Assembly: GCA_964016885.1 (NCBI GenBank)
Contig: OZ024740.1
Coordinates: forward strand, 357,182,001 to 357,246,000
Length of the DNA: 64,000 nt
Source of the DNA: Eledone cirrhosa
Lineage: Eukaryota
Reading direction: 5' to 3'
This document shows, one piece after another, positions 27,958 through 41,425 of the stretch; positions within the stretch are counted from its first letter, which is position 1, and every line of letters begins with the position of its first letter. The position numbers were made by a program, and so were the translations under genes. The notes beneath the pieces were generated by a model that was not told the origin of the DNA, did no database searches, and saw only the letters and a list, made by a program, of their open reading frames with translations.

Positions 27958-29219
27958 AAAATAAATGTCGAAAATGAAAATACAAAATTTCTGATAAAAT
28001 ATATAGCGCAGAATTGTAGAAAATAGAATTTATAAATAATTGTTTCTACAATAGGCACAAGGCCAGCAATTTGAAGGTGGGTGGGGTGGAATGGGTGGGG
28101 GGGTCGATTGAATCGACTCCAATGCTTACTGGTACTTTATTTTATCGACCCAGTAAGGATGAATGGCAAAGCTAATCTCGGCGGGATTTGAACTCAGAAC
28201 GTAAAGGGCCATAACACTATGCTGCAAAGCATATTAATTCTTTCTAACACTGGCACAAGGCCACCAATTTTTGGGAAAGGGAAAATCGATTATATCGACC
28301 GTACTCGATTGATGTTTAATTTTATCGACTTCAGGAGAATGAAAGGCAAAGTTGACCTCGGTGAGATTTGAACGTAAAGCGCCGGAACAAATACCGCAAA
28401 GCATTTTGTCCGGCGCTCAATCGATTCTCCCAATAATAATTGTTTCTAATATAGACACAAAACCAGAATTTATTTCGGATAGGTGGGATGACTGGGTGTA
28501 GTTGTTTAAAGTTACCCCAGTACATGACTGGTACTTTATTTTATCGACTTCTGCAGGATAATACGCAAAGGTAACACCACCGAGATTTGAACTAAAAACA
28601 CTCAAAGAAAGCAATGGTAAAAAAACACTAGCCGAAGGTGCTCCGCTCTGATATCAATCTTCTTAATCAAATAACCATACCTTCGGTTATATAATTTCTA
28701 ACATAGTAAAGACAGTGTTTTCCTGGATGCGTTTAAAATCAAATGTATAATTATGAAGTTTATTGAATAACAGCATGTACAAGTCCACTGTCACACTGAA
28801 TCTCCGTGAGAATTACGTTGAGGGTAGACGTGTCTGTGGAATACTCTGTCACTTGTATATTAATTTTATGAGTAGGCTGCTCCGTTGATTGAACAACATA
28901 ACTGGAACATTCACCGTCGAAACCGACGTAGATCCATTTTATGTGCTAGTCGAATTGTAAACTAGCCTCGTAGAACCAGAGGGAATAAAGACTCAAGGTC
29001 TTGCTCTAAGTAAATTTTAAAAAGTCAAACCAATGACTGGCACCACTTAATTTTTACGTAAATTAAACATAAATAATTTGATAAGCCTGGTTATAAACAT
29101 GAAAAATATGTGATGTTTTTCAGAATAAATCTATAAGGGTTGTTAATTATTTATATGTTGAGTTCTTTTTCTCCAGTGCATGTGTATGTGTGTGTTTGTA
29201 TGTGTGTGTGTGAGAGAGT

Positions 29220-29264
<45 letters not shown>

Positions 29265-29419
29265 AGTATGTTTGTTTATTTATAAGAACAACAAAATCCA
29301 CTAACTTGAAGAGCTCATAAGATAGTTAAAATAATAAACAGGAGTAGAGAAAAGAAGAGAAAAACCTAATGAAAAAAAGAGAAGGGGAAAAGTGGGGACA
29401 AACTCTACACCCTTAACTG

Positions 29420-29690
29420 GACGGTATATATCAGCTGTGCCCAGCGGACCAGATGGTGAAAGCATTGCCGCGTTGAATAGTCAGTGATACCTGCTGCATC
29501 AGCCATTCCACCCTATGATCTCTCTTTCTCAGGCAGGATGCGCTTTTCCTGATTTTGCGGGGGGATACGGTGGTGTGAGTACAAGGTCTCGACGGCGACC
29601 GGCAGAAAAAAGAAGCGGTCGGTAAAGTCCCAGTATTTGGATATCTTTTTGCGTTACAGTCGACATAGCCCGCGTTTGAGGCCTAAATGA
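29420..29690 (-). mobile_element. CRE-like (RLE) non-LTR retrotransposon C-terminal fragment
   Basis: Minus strand RKKISKYWDFTDRFFFLPVAVETL and WLMQQVSLTIQRGNA match the K..KY / F.P.AVET / QR.S..IQRGNA terminus of CRE-type RLE proteins. Confidence 0.65.
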
Positions 29691-31396
29691 TACCTATGAT
29701 TAACTATGTAGGGATATCTAATTATAGTTACTATGTAGTGATATCTAATTATATTAACTATGTATAGTGATATCTAATGGTATTAACAATGTGGGTGTAT
29801 CTAATATTACGATAAACTCAATATATGCTGAAGTGTAATAACGGATTTTAATGAGTTTAATAACTATCTTATAAACTGATATTTGGTTTCTTTTTTCAAG
29901 TGTGTGGCTTTCTTACAAATAAATACGCAGGCATACACAAATACACAGACACTCACACACACTTTCTCCCCCCCCCCCCACTCTCTCATTCTCCCCCACT
30001 CTCTCTTACTCATAAATACACACAAATACATATATAGTTTGGTTTTACAAACTGGAGATATAAAAATCAATTCACAAAAGTATTACCAAGCTTTGATTAT
30101 TTGATCACAATAGTCTAGGCTCTCGAGTGTGTATCAAAAGCTCGCTTGGATAAGAATATCGAACATGAATTAAAAGAAAAAAAAAGTCGGACGCAAAAGA
30201 CAAAGTCAACGGAAAAATACAACAGGAAAACGGACAGTTAGCTTCTTCAGTCAACCTCTGGAAATCATTGTAGTTTCGATAGTTAAGGTTGATATTTTTC
30301 ATTGTAGTGCACATTGAGACGCAACAGAGGAACACAGGACAAGTTATGCCTTTCGGAGAATTACACGATTAAATGACGAAAATAATAGACAAAAACATGC
30401 TACAAAACAGTGCATCAACTACCGCGTTTCTATTGATGCACATTATTTTGTAGCATTTTTTGTCTATATGTTTTCGTCTTTATTTGTGTAATTAAACGAA
30501 AAACACAGCTTGTTCTGTGTCTCCCTATTTTGTCGCATCCCAATGATCCCGTGAGTGTGCAGTGAAACTATAATAACAAGGCATTTCAAAGTAGTAGCCA
30601 GACATTTTAAGAAAGAAATATTATTAAGTCTAAAGCCATCAACATATTAGGTGTAAAACTGCTACTTTTCATCACCTTATTGTCATACAGGACAATGGCA
30701 TGGTGAGTTTAAACGTTGATTAAATATCAAGTGTTGTAGTTTACCTGGGTTAGTGAATCTATATACAATGTAGCTGAAGAGGCACAGGCAAGCAACATCA
30801 CAGGTATAAGAATACCTAATGTAAACATATTCCTAGCAAAGACAATAAAACATTCGGGCCGTTGCAGAATACAAGTGCCTGAAGAAAGTCAGAGGGTAGA
30901 ACGGCTGAAATATTGTAACTATAACAACAACAAAAATAAGGAATTATAATTATCATAATGGTGTCTAATTTAAGCTCAAGGTCAATAATTTTGGGAGGGA
31001 GAATATCGATTAAATCGACCTCCTGTACTTGACTGGTGTTTTATTTTATCGGAACCGGAAGAATGAAAGTTAAAGCTCACCTCGGTGGGATTTGAAAGCA
31101 GTTTGTAAAAACCTAGAACAAATACCACAAAGCTCTAACGATTATGTCAATTCAAAGATAATTCATAATCTCAGAAATTCAGACGAAAATAGCACAAGGT
31201 TGTTTTGAAACTAAATTTGAACACTCAATACTTCAATACTTCATCTAGTCATATAGACATTTCACATCTGTCATAATAAACGCTGCAAGGGAAGTGAAAT
31301 TACCACTGGGATTATCGACTTATAATTCTCTATATGAATGTGGAACATATAGCAACACACACATGCACACACTCACATGCACATGCACATGCACAT

Positions 31397-31503
<107 letters not shown>

Positions 31504-31589
31504 AACACACTCATACACATAGACAAACATATATATATATATATAGTATAACACTGCATCTCATTTAATATCATTATGAACCAAATCTG

Positions 31590-32425
31590 TCGAGCATTTT
31601 ATGTGAAACTTATACGAAAATATTCATATTGCATTTAAGGAATAGAATGTATGTTAGATCGTTTTCAGTAGAAATGTCTAAGGCGCATATTCAACATCAA
31701 TTCGCAAGACAGAACTCCTGAGAAGCATTGAGTCTCTAGTAACATCTCAAATGCACTGGACAGGACACATCAACCGTATGAAAGATAGCAAGATCCTAAA
31801 TCAACTGTTTTACGGTGATCTCCATTTTGGAAAAAGGCCTCAACACAAACCGAAAATGAGGACATGGACATCATCAAGAACAACGTGGCATTTGATATAG
31901 ACAAGTATTTGATATAGACAAGTGGGAGTAGATAGCTCTAAATAGGGCTGAGTGGAGAAAGAGCATAAAGGGCAGTTTGAAGAATGTCGCCTAGAATACA
32001 AACAACTGAAGCGTCAGCTCCGAAAGAGTTATACTCACAGTCAGGTGAAGACATCAATAATTGGACATACGAATTCTGCCAACGTGTACTCCCCTAAAAA
32101 GGTAGTTACGTTAATCACCTGAAGTCACATGAAAAAAACAACCACCCACAGCACACTCAACAAAGACCTGGTAAAACAACGTGCGTGATATGCATCAAAG
32201 TGTGTAGAGCTAATTCCGGACTAAAAAAAACACATGGTGGTACATAAAAATTGTATCCCACAAAATGACCCCGTCAATCCTGTGGAAAGCACAACTCTCC
32301 TCTGACACCTGTGTCATAAACCATGCAGATCTGCAGCTGGTCTACGAAGTCATGGCCGTTGGTAGAATGACAATGAAGAAACACTAAGAGACGGCAATCG
32401 TCTGTGAAGACGCTGCAATCCTCAT
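31590..32425 (+). mobile_element. Degenerate RTE-clade LINE 3' portion
   Basis: Remnant WTGHINRMKDSKI...LFYGDL..GKRPQHKP, C2H2 remnant CIKVCRANSGLKKH, and 3' end GACGGCAATCGTCTGTGAAGACG..CCTC(ATGT)n. Confidence 0.65.
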
Positions 32426-32551
32426 GTATGTATGTCTGCATGTATGTATGTATGAATGTAAGTATGTATGCATGGATGGGTGGCTGGATGGATGGATGCA
32501 TGGATGTATGTATAGAGAGATAGATAGATTGAAAGATGGATAGATAGATAG

Positions 32552-34247
32552 ATTTCTTTATTTGCCACAAGGGCGCACAAGAAAAGGGGACAATACAAGG
32601 ACATACGCCGGGGATTTTACATACAATCGTGTAAAAAATTTTTTAACAAACAAATTCAACAATCTAAATCCCCAATAGCGGCGAGGCGTTACAAATGGGT
32701 TGTTTTATACCCCGTAGATAGAACAACCCTCAACTCCAGGAGCATGCTGTGCAAGTGCTCCTTTCTTCCTTTTGCTTTCTTCTTCAACCTACAGGTTTAT
32801 ATACAGAGAAGGCCCAATCACTCGGGCCATTTTTGTCACATTCACCCACCTTTCAGTAAATTTACTGGGGTGCAGTACCTCTCTCTCCACTCTGATTATC
32901 CTTCTAAAGTGGTACCTAAAGAAAGGAATGAGTTGTTGTCCGGAGAGAAAGGCATCTGTCCTCAGTCCTCTCAATCTTGTCCACCATATAACCTCTTTTA
33001 CCATAGCCACTATACAGAGGAAAGCCGCCTCTCTTTCGTTTTTGAAAGGTGGCGGCGGTTTGATCCTTACTATGGACTCAGCAGTCAACTGGACTTGTCC
33101 CATATATGACAGCAGTTGTTCTGCGTAGTTCCAGAGGTCGGTTACGCCCGGTCTATGTACAATTGCGTGCAGGACGGTTTCAATGTCTTGCTCGCATCTT
33201 GGACACGTCCTCTTGGAAGGATCCCTGCCAAGGCGCTTGTGCCTGTAGATCTTGTCTCGTACTGGTAGAGCTCCTCGGTAGCACTGTCAGGCCAGGGACC
33301 TTTGGAAGTTGTCCATAGGTCCCGAGCGGAAAGTCCTACTGAACAGACTGGTGAGCTCGTCGTCTTCGACGCCCAGAGTCCCTCCGAGAACGTCGTCGCA
33401 CTTGTAACGTATTATCCCTCTATAGAATGTCGAAGTAGAATCACCACTGATTGCTGTGCCCGCTTGACAGAGGACTGTGAGCGCCTGAGCGCATTCAATG
33501 TGCCAGGTGCCCATTTTCTTTGGTCTCCGCTTGACCCATGACTGCAGCTCCGTCAGCGAGACAAGTTGCGGGAAGGCTTGTCTCACAAATGGGGCCCACA
33601 CCGGTTGGTCGGTGAGGAATACCTGGAGATGCCGTAGCCTCACCGCGTGTTTGCGCATCATCAGCCATGGCATTCCCCGCCCTCCGTTGGAAGGGTGCTG
33701 GCAGCAGATGGATCTCCTCACCAGTGGAGCCTGCTTCTTCCAAAGGAATTGGAAGAGCATGCGTTCCATCTTGGTGAGGTATTCATGGGGGCAAGGCACG
33801 ACGGTCAAGCGATAGTAAATGACGGACGCTATGAAAGTGTTCGCCACCTCCGCTCGACCTTTCAAGGATAGTTTGCACTCTGCTCACTTCGTGACCTCGT
33901 TCCAGTTTTTCTCCACCTGATGGTCCGGATCGAACCAGACCCCGAGCAATTTCACCGGTCCTTCTGTCCAGCGTCCGACGACGCTGTTGGGCGGCATCGG
34001 TTTGCCTCTCCACGTTCCGAGTTGCAAACCGACAGATTTGTCCGGGTTGAATTTTGCTCCTGTGAGCCTTACGTTTTCCTGCAGTAAGTTGCCGATCGCC
34101 CCGATTTCCGAGGTTTTCGACACCATTACTGTCACGTCATCGGCATAAGCCAACGCCGCTTTCCGCAGTCCCGGTTCCAACGAGATGCCCTGCAAAAGCT
34201 CCAGCTTCTGCAGTAGTGGCTCTAGAGTCAATAAGTACAGAATGGAG
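32552..34247 (-). mobile_element. Tx1/L1-clade non-LTR retrotransposon, 5'-truncated, in (GATA)n
   Basis: RT motifs LYLLTLEPLL, AYADDVTV, GAKFNPDKS, KLLGVWF, KGRAEVANTFIASVIYY, FLWK...P..GG; 3' end AATAAAGAAA then (TCTA)n; GATA repeats on both flanks. Confidence 0.85.
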
Positions 34248-34470
34248 GATAGATAGATAGATAGATAGATGTACTTAGTGTGTGTCTGAAGATCGATAGA
34301 CACATAGGTCGGTAGCTATAGATAACTGTTGCTCCTACTGCTGATCATTTTGTCAACACTGTATGTAACAGAGTGAGGGGTAGGGAGTAAGACATTAAAT
34401 TACCATTTCCTTGTCAAATTGCACAAACCAGTTGTCACTGACATTTATGTCTTCTTATAAAGTTATATAT

Positions 34471-34611
<141 letters not shown>

Positions 34612-35594
34612 CATTGTTTCATTTCAATATCGCACATTTGTTTTCTTGTATTTTGTAATAGCCCTTATGATATGTTACTTTCTTTCATTTTCCTGTTTCC
34701 TAATCTTTGTTCAAGTTTTGTTTATCCTACCGTTTCTGTCTTCGTTCGTGTGTTATTTTAGTCTCGTTCATCGTCCTATAAAATACTACAGAACATTGTT
34801 TGATTGTCTTGCTAAATATTATGACCCCTTAATGCTTCAGCCGTACTGTTGGCCAAGAATAGAAATTGTGTACGTCCATTTCGCAGCTGATGGCTACTAT
34901 GTCCCTTATTCTTCTAACCGAAGCATTTACTCTACACTCTACATAATAAGTCCCATCATCAATTATTTCGTAGGAACATTCCTGAAGTCTTTCGATATCG
35001 AAGTTCATCTCGATTAGAACTGACCTAGAGTCAAGCAACAACAACAATAACGATGATGAACGAATGAAATTATACTCCTTGATTACATTGCACTGTTGTG
35101 GCGGTTTGCAACAGTAAGTTATACTTCCATTTAGCAAGAGTCATTTAACCTGCAAGAAATTTCAAGTTAATCTTCTTTAAATTCAAACTTAGCCTCTAAA
35201 TGGTTAAATATTTAAGATAAACTACCACTAAATGTAATAATATACCGGATAAAAATACGTGATAGGTCTAACTAGAACGTCGGTCAAACGAAAATGACCG
35301 ACACGTAGAGAAATCTCTCTCAGCACATGCAGTATAATTGGAAAGATTGGTCTGTAGGTCTTGACTGAGCACCTGTGTAACATATTTGCTTGGTCAAAAC
35401 TTATCTGAGACGGGACTCTGTCATTGAAAGTCAAGTGCCAAAAACAGCTTGACCTCGGGCAGAATATAGGTTAGTAACAACCGACTATTCACTTTGTCAC
35501 TCACAGCCTCATCGACTTACCAAACCGAATTGTCGATATGTTCTTAAATAATTCGGAGAGAAACGCCACTCGCAGGAAAAATTAACAAGGAACA

Positions 35595-35733
35595 TTAACC
35601 CTGTAGCAATTTCTCACCTCTTTCTGTTCAAACCAGCCCATACCGATGTTAAGGCATTGTTCTCAAAATAAATAATATCAAGATCACATAGACTCGATAT
35701 TATGTGAGGTAAATGTAAATGTTAAAGGGTTAA
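35595..35733. mobile_element. piggyBac-like MITE (related partial copy at ~8340-8557)
   Basis: TTAA-CCCTGTAGCA ... TGTTAAAGGG-TTAA termini. Confidence 0.65.
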
Positions 35734-36328
35734 ATATATTAATACTAACATAGCTATTGTTTCATAAGAGTGGCCTATCGAAATTATTTAATATCTTAAA
35801 GATTCTCTTTCCCTACGCCACCAAACCTATAATCCTGTATTCATTTGTTTAGTGATTCAATCATCAGCTACGAGATGTGCTTCGGTGTTGGTTTCAGAAA
35901 AAGAAGAAAAATGTCAAGAAATATCACCTGTTCCTTGCTAGAACAATAAAAATAACATTAGCATTGTCTAATATTGTTTGCTTTTTTTACATATATAGTT
36001 TGTTTTCTTTTTCTCTCACAACATATTTATTTCTAGTTAGCTTTTTAATGATCCATGTATTAAATATGTTAACACCAACTAATGTTGTTAAATAGTATGT
36101 CACACGTAGATAAATCTATCAAAAATGACACAAATTCTTCACATCGGAAGTAATATTTGCCAACATGTTAACAGCGTCATCTAAGAGTTATTCATTTGAC
36201 TCTCTATCCCCCTCCCCTCTCCCTCACACTCTACCCTGCTCTAGCTCTCTCACCCCCCCCCCCTCTCTCTCGCTCGCTTTCTTTCTTTTTTTCCTTCTTT
36301 CTTTCCTTCTTTCTTTCTTTCTTTCTTT

Positions 36329-36374
<46 letters not shown>

Positions 36375-36551
36375 TTTAGATTGATGATACCCGCCGTCAT
36401 AAAGAAGTGTCAAGCATTTCTTTGTTATGAACCCCACTGAGCAAAGAATTATAAACTTGTGGAAATCATTTCAAGAATGATAAATGGAATTAAACAAAAA
36501 GTGACAAAATGAACACAATGTTTCATGGAACGCTGGAATTCTCTGTGTGTG

Positions 36552-36682
<131 letters not shown>

Positions 36683-36688
36683 ATGTAC

Positions 36689-36721
<33 letters not shown>

Positions 36722-36928
36722 TGTATGTGTATGTGTATGTATGTGTGTATACGTATATATATATATATATATAGATGCATGTGTGTGTGTACGTATATAT
36801 ATATATATATAGGTGTGTGTGTGTGTGTGTGAAAAACAATAACAACAACAACATTATGTATGTGTGCCTTGGTGTGTATGTGTGTGTGTTCTGGTTTATG
36901 TTTGTATACATGTGTTTATGAGTATATT

Positions 36929-36960
<32 letters not shown>

Positions 36961-37097
36961 TGTATGTATGTATGTATGTATGTTTGTATGTTTGTATGTA
37001 TGTATGCCTGTATGCCTGTATGCATGGATGTTATTGTATGTGTGGATGTTTATGTTTTGAGTTGTATGTTTGCATGTGTATATGCTTTGTATATATA

Positions 37098-37230
37098 TCA
37101 AAATAACAGATTAAAGTTTAAACGGGATCTTCTGAAACTAAAAAAATCACTCTGTGAACGCAGAAGTAAATATTTCGAAAAACGTTACACACACACTATA
37201 TATATATATATGTATATATACTGTATTATA

Positions 37231-37302
<72 letters not shown>

Positions 37303-37668
37303 TCTTTTACCTGTTTCAGCCATCCGGCTGAGGCCATGCTGGTGTATATATATATATATACATTATATATACATATATACACACACACAGATAGCGACGT
37401 CATAATGTCGTAATACAGACAGCCAGACATACAGACATATATTATAAGGGCGGAACGTTATATCTATGTATCTATCTAAAAAGAAAGACTAAGAATTATA
37501 GAGTGAGATCGCTAAATCGCCTAATGCGGTCCCTAGGGCATTGAAAATTTGAAATATTCTTTGCTCAAGACACTCACAGGTCCATAAGTATTACATGTGT
37601 AAAGTTTGAAAACAATCAGTTGGGTGGTTCTCGAGTTTTAGTGAGCGGACAGACAGACAGACATTCTC

Positions 37669-37680
<12 letters not shown>
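37098..37680 (-). mobile_element. Helitron-related non-autonomous fragment, interrupted by microsatellites
   Basis: 37098-37180 and 37410-37495 are similar to 7400-7595 of the Helitron above; it ends in a GACA-repeat plus TTTATATA terminus typical of Helitron-derived elements. Confidence 0.55.
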
Positions 37681-37716
<36 letters not shown>

Positions 37717-37746
37717 AGATCAAAAGATGGTTAAATGAGTTCCATG

Positions 37747-37817
37747 TATTTTATTATGCGCATTTCAAAAACAAATATCATCATGCAATAACATTTGTGT
37801 TTTCATCAGATAAAATA
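37747..37817 (-). ncRNA. Hammerhead ribozyme family A, inverted copy (sense to host intron 1)
   Basis: Reverse complement of 40434-40504 within the inverted pLTR arm. Confidence 0.85.
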
Positions 37818-39000
37818 GGAAGACATGATATGAAGGTTAAAAACACTTGTAGATAGTGCAGTTTTAAATCAACATATGAAAAGTAGTTTTAGATTGATTT
37901 GTGATATTGGGGAAAAAAAATGTTGAGGGGGGGGGGGTAGGTTGGAAAGGATGAAAAAGAGGAGGAGATGAGAGTGAAAAGTGGAGGGGGAGGAGTATAA
38001 TGAGGAAGGATGAGATAGGAGGAGAGATGGGTGATAGAGAGAGAGAGATAGCTTTTATAACTGAGAAAAATATATTGTTTTACATAGAGAGGTTGAAAAA
38101 CCGTTGGAAGATAATGTATAAATTAAAAGAATTTGAAAATTAACGAAAAGAAAGATAATGTAAAGTTAAGGTTTGTATATTGAAGGGTTTAATAATATGT
38201 GCGATGAAAAGAAATTGTTAATATGTATTAAGAATAATACTTAAGGGTTTAATAGTATGTGCGATGGAAAGAAAATGTTAATATGTATTAAGAATAATAT
38301 TTAAATTATGTTAATTTTAAATCTAACCACCCTACTAATATTAAGAATGCTATAGTTAGTAATATTGGAAAAAGAATATCTAACCTATCTTCTAATAAAA
38401 ACATCTTCGATGCTAACGCCAATTACTATAATAACGCGCTTTCTAAAGCCGGCTATCCTGATAAAATCAAATATAATAAAGAAACAAATTCTAGAAGATC
38501 TTACAGTAGAATAATTAATCATGATCATTCCAATAACTTTAATAAAAGACCTAGATACAAAAATATAATCTGGTATAATGCTCCTTTCTCCATCTCTATT
38601 AATAATAATATTCCTAAATTATTCTTTAGTGCCTTAAATAAATGCTTCCCTCCCTCACATATCTATAGTAAAATATTTAACAAACACACTATAAAATTTT
38701 CCCATTCAACATCCTCCAACATTTCCAACATTATCTCTAAACACAACAATAAAATACTAAATACTATATTCTCTTCCTTCCAACACTGAATATCATAATA
38801 ATAGTAATAGTACTCCCGACGTCATTGTAAACTCTAGGCTAATTTCTGCAAATCCAAATACAACGTCAAACACAACTTCGCTAAATGTTCTTAATCCCAT
38901 TCTAAATCAAGAAACTATTATTCCTATCGCAAATAACTTCTCCAATCCAATTCCTTCTATAGATAACACTAGGTCACTCATTAATAATCTCTCTAATCGC

Positions 39001-39405
39001 AATTGCAATTGCCCTGCTAAAAATAAATGTCCTCTCAACAACCATTGTCTTGATAAAAACTTAATCTACGAATGTAAAGTTATAACTGACACCAATTCCT
39101 TCACCTATTTTGGCTCCACTTCCACCTCCTTTAAAGCTCGTCTTTATAATCATCATTCGTCTTTTAAATACCAACTTAAATGAACCAACACGGCTCTCTC
39201 AGAACTCATATGGTCCTTGAAAGACAAAAATATTAAATATAACATCTCTTGGAAAAAGGTTTCTCTATCCAAGACTTGCAATCTCTGTCTAAATGAAAAA
39301 TTTACCATTATATCTAATTTAGATTCTATAATAAATAGACGCACTGAATTGTTTTCTATCTGCTTGCATAAATTCCACAGAACTTTCCATAAAGTATACA
39401 GCTAA
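39001..39405 (+). pseudogene. PLE GIY-YIG endonuclease domain, disrupted
   Basis: [125 protein letters not shown]; one in-frame TGA at 39181 and an upstream frameshift near 38780. Confidence 0.85.
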
Positions 39406-39448
39406 TATCCTAAACTTTATCAATTCAGAATCCTTTTCTCAAAGGCAC

Positions 39449-39542
<94 letters not shown>

Positions 39543-40433
39543 TTCTTTAAAAATATACCCATCTTTCTACCTTATTTCAAAGTTATTTATTATATTCTAT
39601 ATCACTCCTATTTATCACTTCCCTTTCTTCCTTTTCCTTTTCTTTTCTTTTTCTTTTAATTTCTAACCCTTAATCTGTACCTTTTCTCACTGTGCATAAC
39701 ATAGAAACAATTATTACACAATACACTATATTCTTACTTTATATCACCTTAAAAAAAATCCTTCGTAAACATAAACATTTTTTTTTTGACGTTAGATTAT
39801 TCATCCTCTATTCATTATTTTTTTCTCACTTTCATCTAACTTATTCATGCTCATCTCACAATATATCTTTACTTACATTACTTTTGGTTTTTTTTAATAA
39901 TACATATCAACATTTTCTTTCCATGGCACATATTATTAAACCCTTAAATATTATTCTTAATACATATTAACATTTTCTTTCCATCGCACATATTATTAAA
40001 CCCTTAAATATTATTCTTAATACATATTAACAATTTCTTTTCATCGCACATATTATTAAACCCTTCAATATACAAACCTTAACTTTACATTATCTTTCTC
40101 TTCGTTAATTTTCAAATTCTTTTAATTTATACATTATCTTCCAACGGTTTTTCAACCTCTCTATGTAAAACAATATATTTTTCTCAGTTATAAAAGCTAT
40201 ATCTCTCTCTCTATCACCCATCTCTCCTCCTATCTCATCCTTCCTCATTATACTCCTCCCCCTCCACTTTTCACTCTCATCTCCTCCTCTTTTTCATCCT
40301 TTCCAACCTATCCCCCCCCCCCTCAAAAATTTTTTTCCCCCCAATATCACACATCACTCTAAAACTACTTTTCATATGTTGATTTAAAACTGCACTATCT
40401 ACAAGTGTTTTTAACCTTCATATCATGTCTTCC

Positions 40434-40504
40434 TATTTTATCTGATGAAAACACAAATGTTATTGCATGATGATATTTGTTTTTGAAATGCGCATAATAA
40501 AATA
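40434..40504 (+). ncRNA. Minimal type-I hammerhead ribozyme in the PLE terminal repeat (family A)
   Basis: TATTTTAT-CTGATGA-[stem II AAACACAAATGTTAT/ATGATATTTGTTTTT]-GAAA-TGCGCA-TA^-ATAAAATA: intact core, perfect 8-bp stem I, palindromic stem/loop III, AUA cleavage triplet. Confidence 0.85.
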
Positions 40505-40630
40505 CATGGAACTCATTTAACCATCTTTTGATCTTATATATTATGTATACTCCAGTCCTACAAACTGTAGAGTGCTTCTTATCCGATATCTGCATTCCTT
40601 TATTGTACTACAATAAAACTCACCTCCTAC

Positions 40631-40686
<56 letters not shown>

Positions 40687-40828
40687 CATACATTGATGCA
40701 TACTTGTTTGATGGAAGCAATGCGGAAGCAATGTGGAAGCCCGTTGTGTATACACACTACACACACATATATATACATAAAGTATATGTATATAAGTATG
40801 TATGTATGTATGTATGTATGTATGTATG

Positions 40829-41425
40829 TTGGTGCTACTGGTAACATGTATCCCAGTACAACCTGTCTCATGGTCGGGTCGTTGGCGACTAAACTGGCAA
40901 CCCCACCAAGGTTTCTTGGTGAGGAGGGTGACTTTGGACATCCTGCAGGACTAAAAACAAAACCTGTCAAAGGGCAAAGGAGCTCTTAAGAGTCAATGGC
41001 CATCCAAAATCACCGGGAGAGATGACCCCTTAGCCTTTGTCAAGGCAGAATTCTAGGAGAAGGAAAACTCTGATATAACACCTGCAACCCTGATGGTATC
41101 CAATGATGTTGACTTGTTCTTCTTTTTGGTAAATATCATCTTGGTTAAGAGAGTGGGACTGGCTTTGTGCAGTGCCTTTGCTCACTATAAAAGCTTCACG
41201 GCACAGGCATTGCTTTATATCTGGAGATCTCTCTGCACTTGTCGTCACATGGTACCATGGGCCCAGCACTATGTGTCAGTAATTGTCACAAGTGTAGTGT
41301 TTGTACCAGAGTTTTCAAGTCGCAGGCTGGACTAAAAAGTCACACTCGTTCAGCGCATCGGTAGGGGTTCTCCTACATGGATATAAAGTAGTGGCCGTAC
41401 TCGAAAACGAGTTGGCAGCCACCAT
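40829..41425 (+). mobile_element. Second copy of the ~610-bp TATG-tailed retroposon
   Basis: High identity to 2145-2740; TATG arrays on both sides. Confidence 0.7.

Larger units (their letters stand above)
37707..40630 (+). mobile_element. Penelope-like retroelement (PLE), 5'-truncated, with inverted copy of its terminal repeat (pLTR)
   Basis: 38307-39405 encodes a disrupted RT C-terminus/linker (YVNFKSNHP...IIWYNAPFS...KIFNKHTIKFS) and a GIY-YIG endonuclease ([36 protein letters not shown]). 37707-38304 is an inverted copy of 39944-40544. The element is flanked by (TA)n on both sides. Confidence 0.9.

Noticed and set aside
29400-29690. GC-rich island as possible bacterial contamination or HGT
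   Set aside because: Explained by CRE-type retrotransposon C-terminal motifs on the minus strand.
29695-29800. ~27-bp tandem units (also 22-bp x3 at ~42474-42538) as a CRISPR-like array
   Set aside because: Head-to-tail minisatellites with no unique spacers, in a eukaryotic context.
30875-30925. CTGAAGA...GAAA hammerhead-like remnant
   Set aside because: Stem II is weak and stems I/III do not pair convincingly; at most a decayed PLE remnant.
39181-39183. In-frame TGA in the PLE endonuclease as possible selenocysteine (described for some Naiad PLEs)
   Set aside because: It does not fall at a conserved Cys position, the copy also has a frameshift, and I identified no SECIS; a nonsense mutation such as CGA>TGA is simpler.
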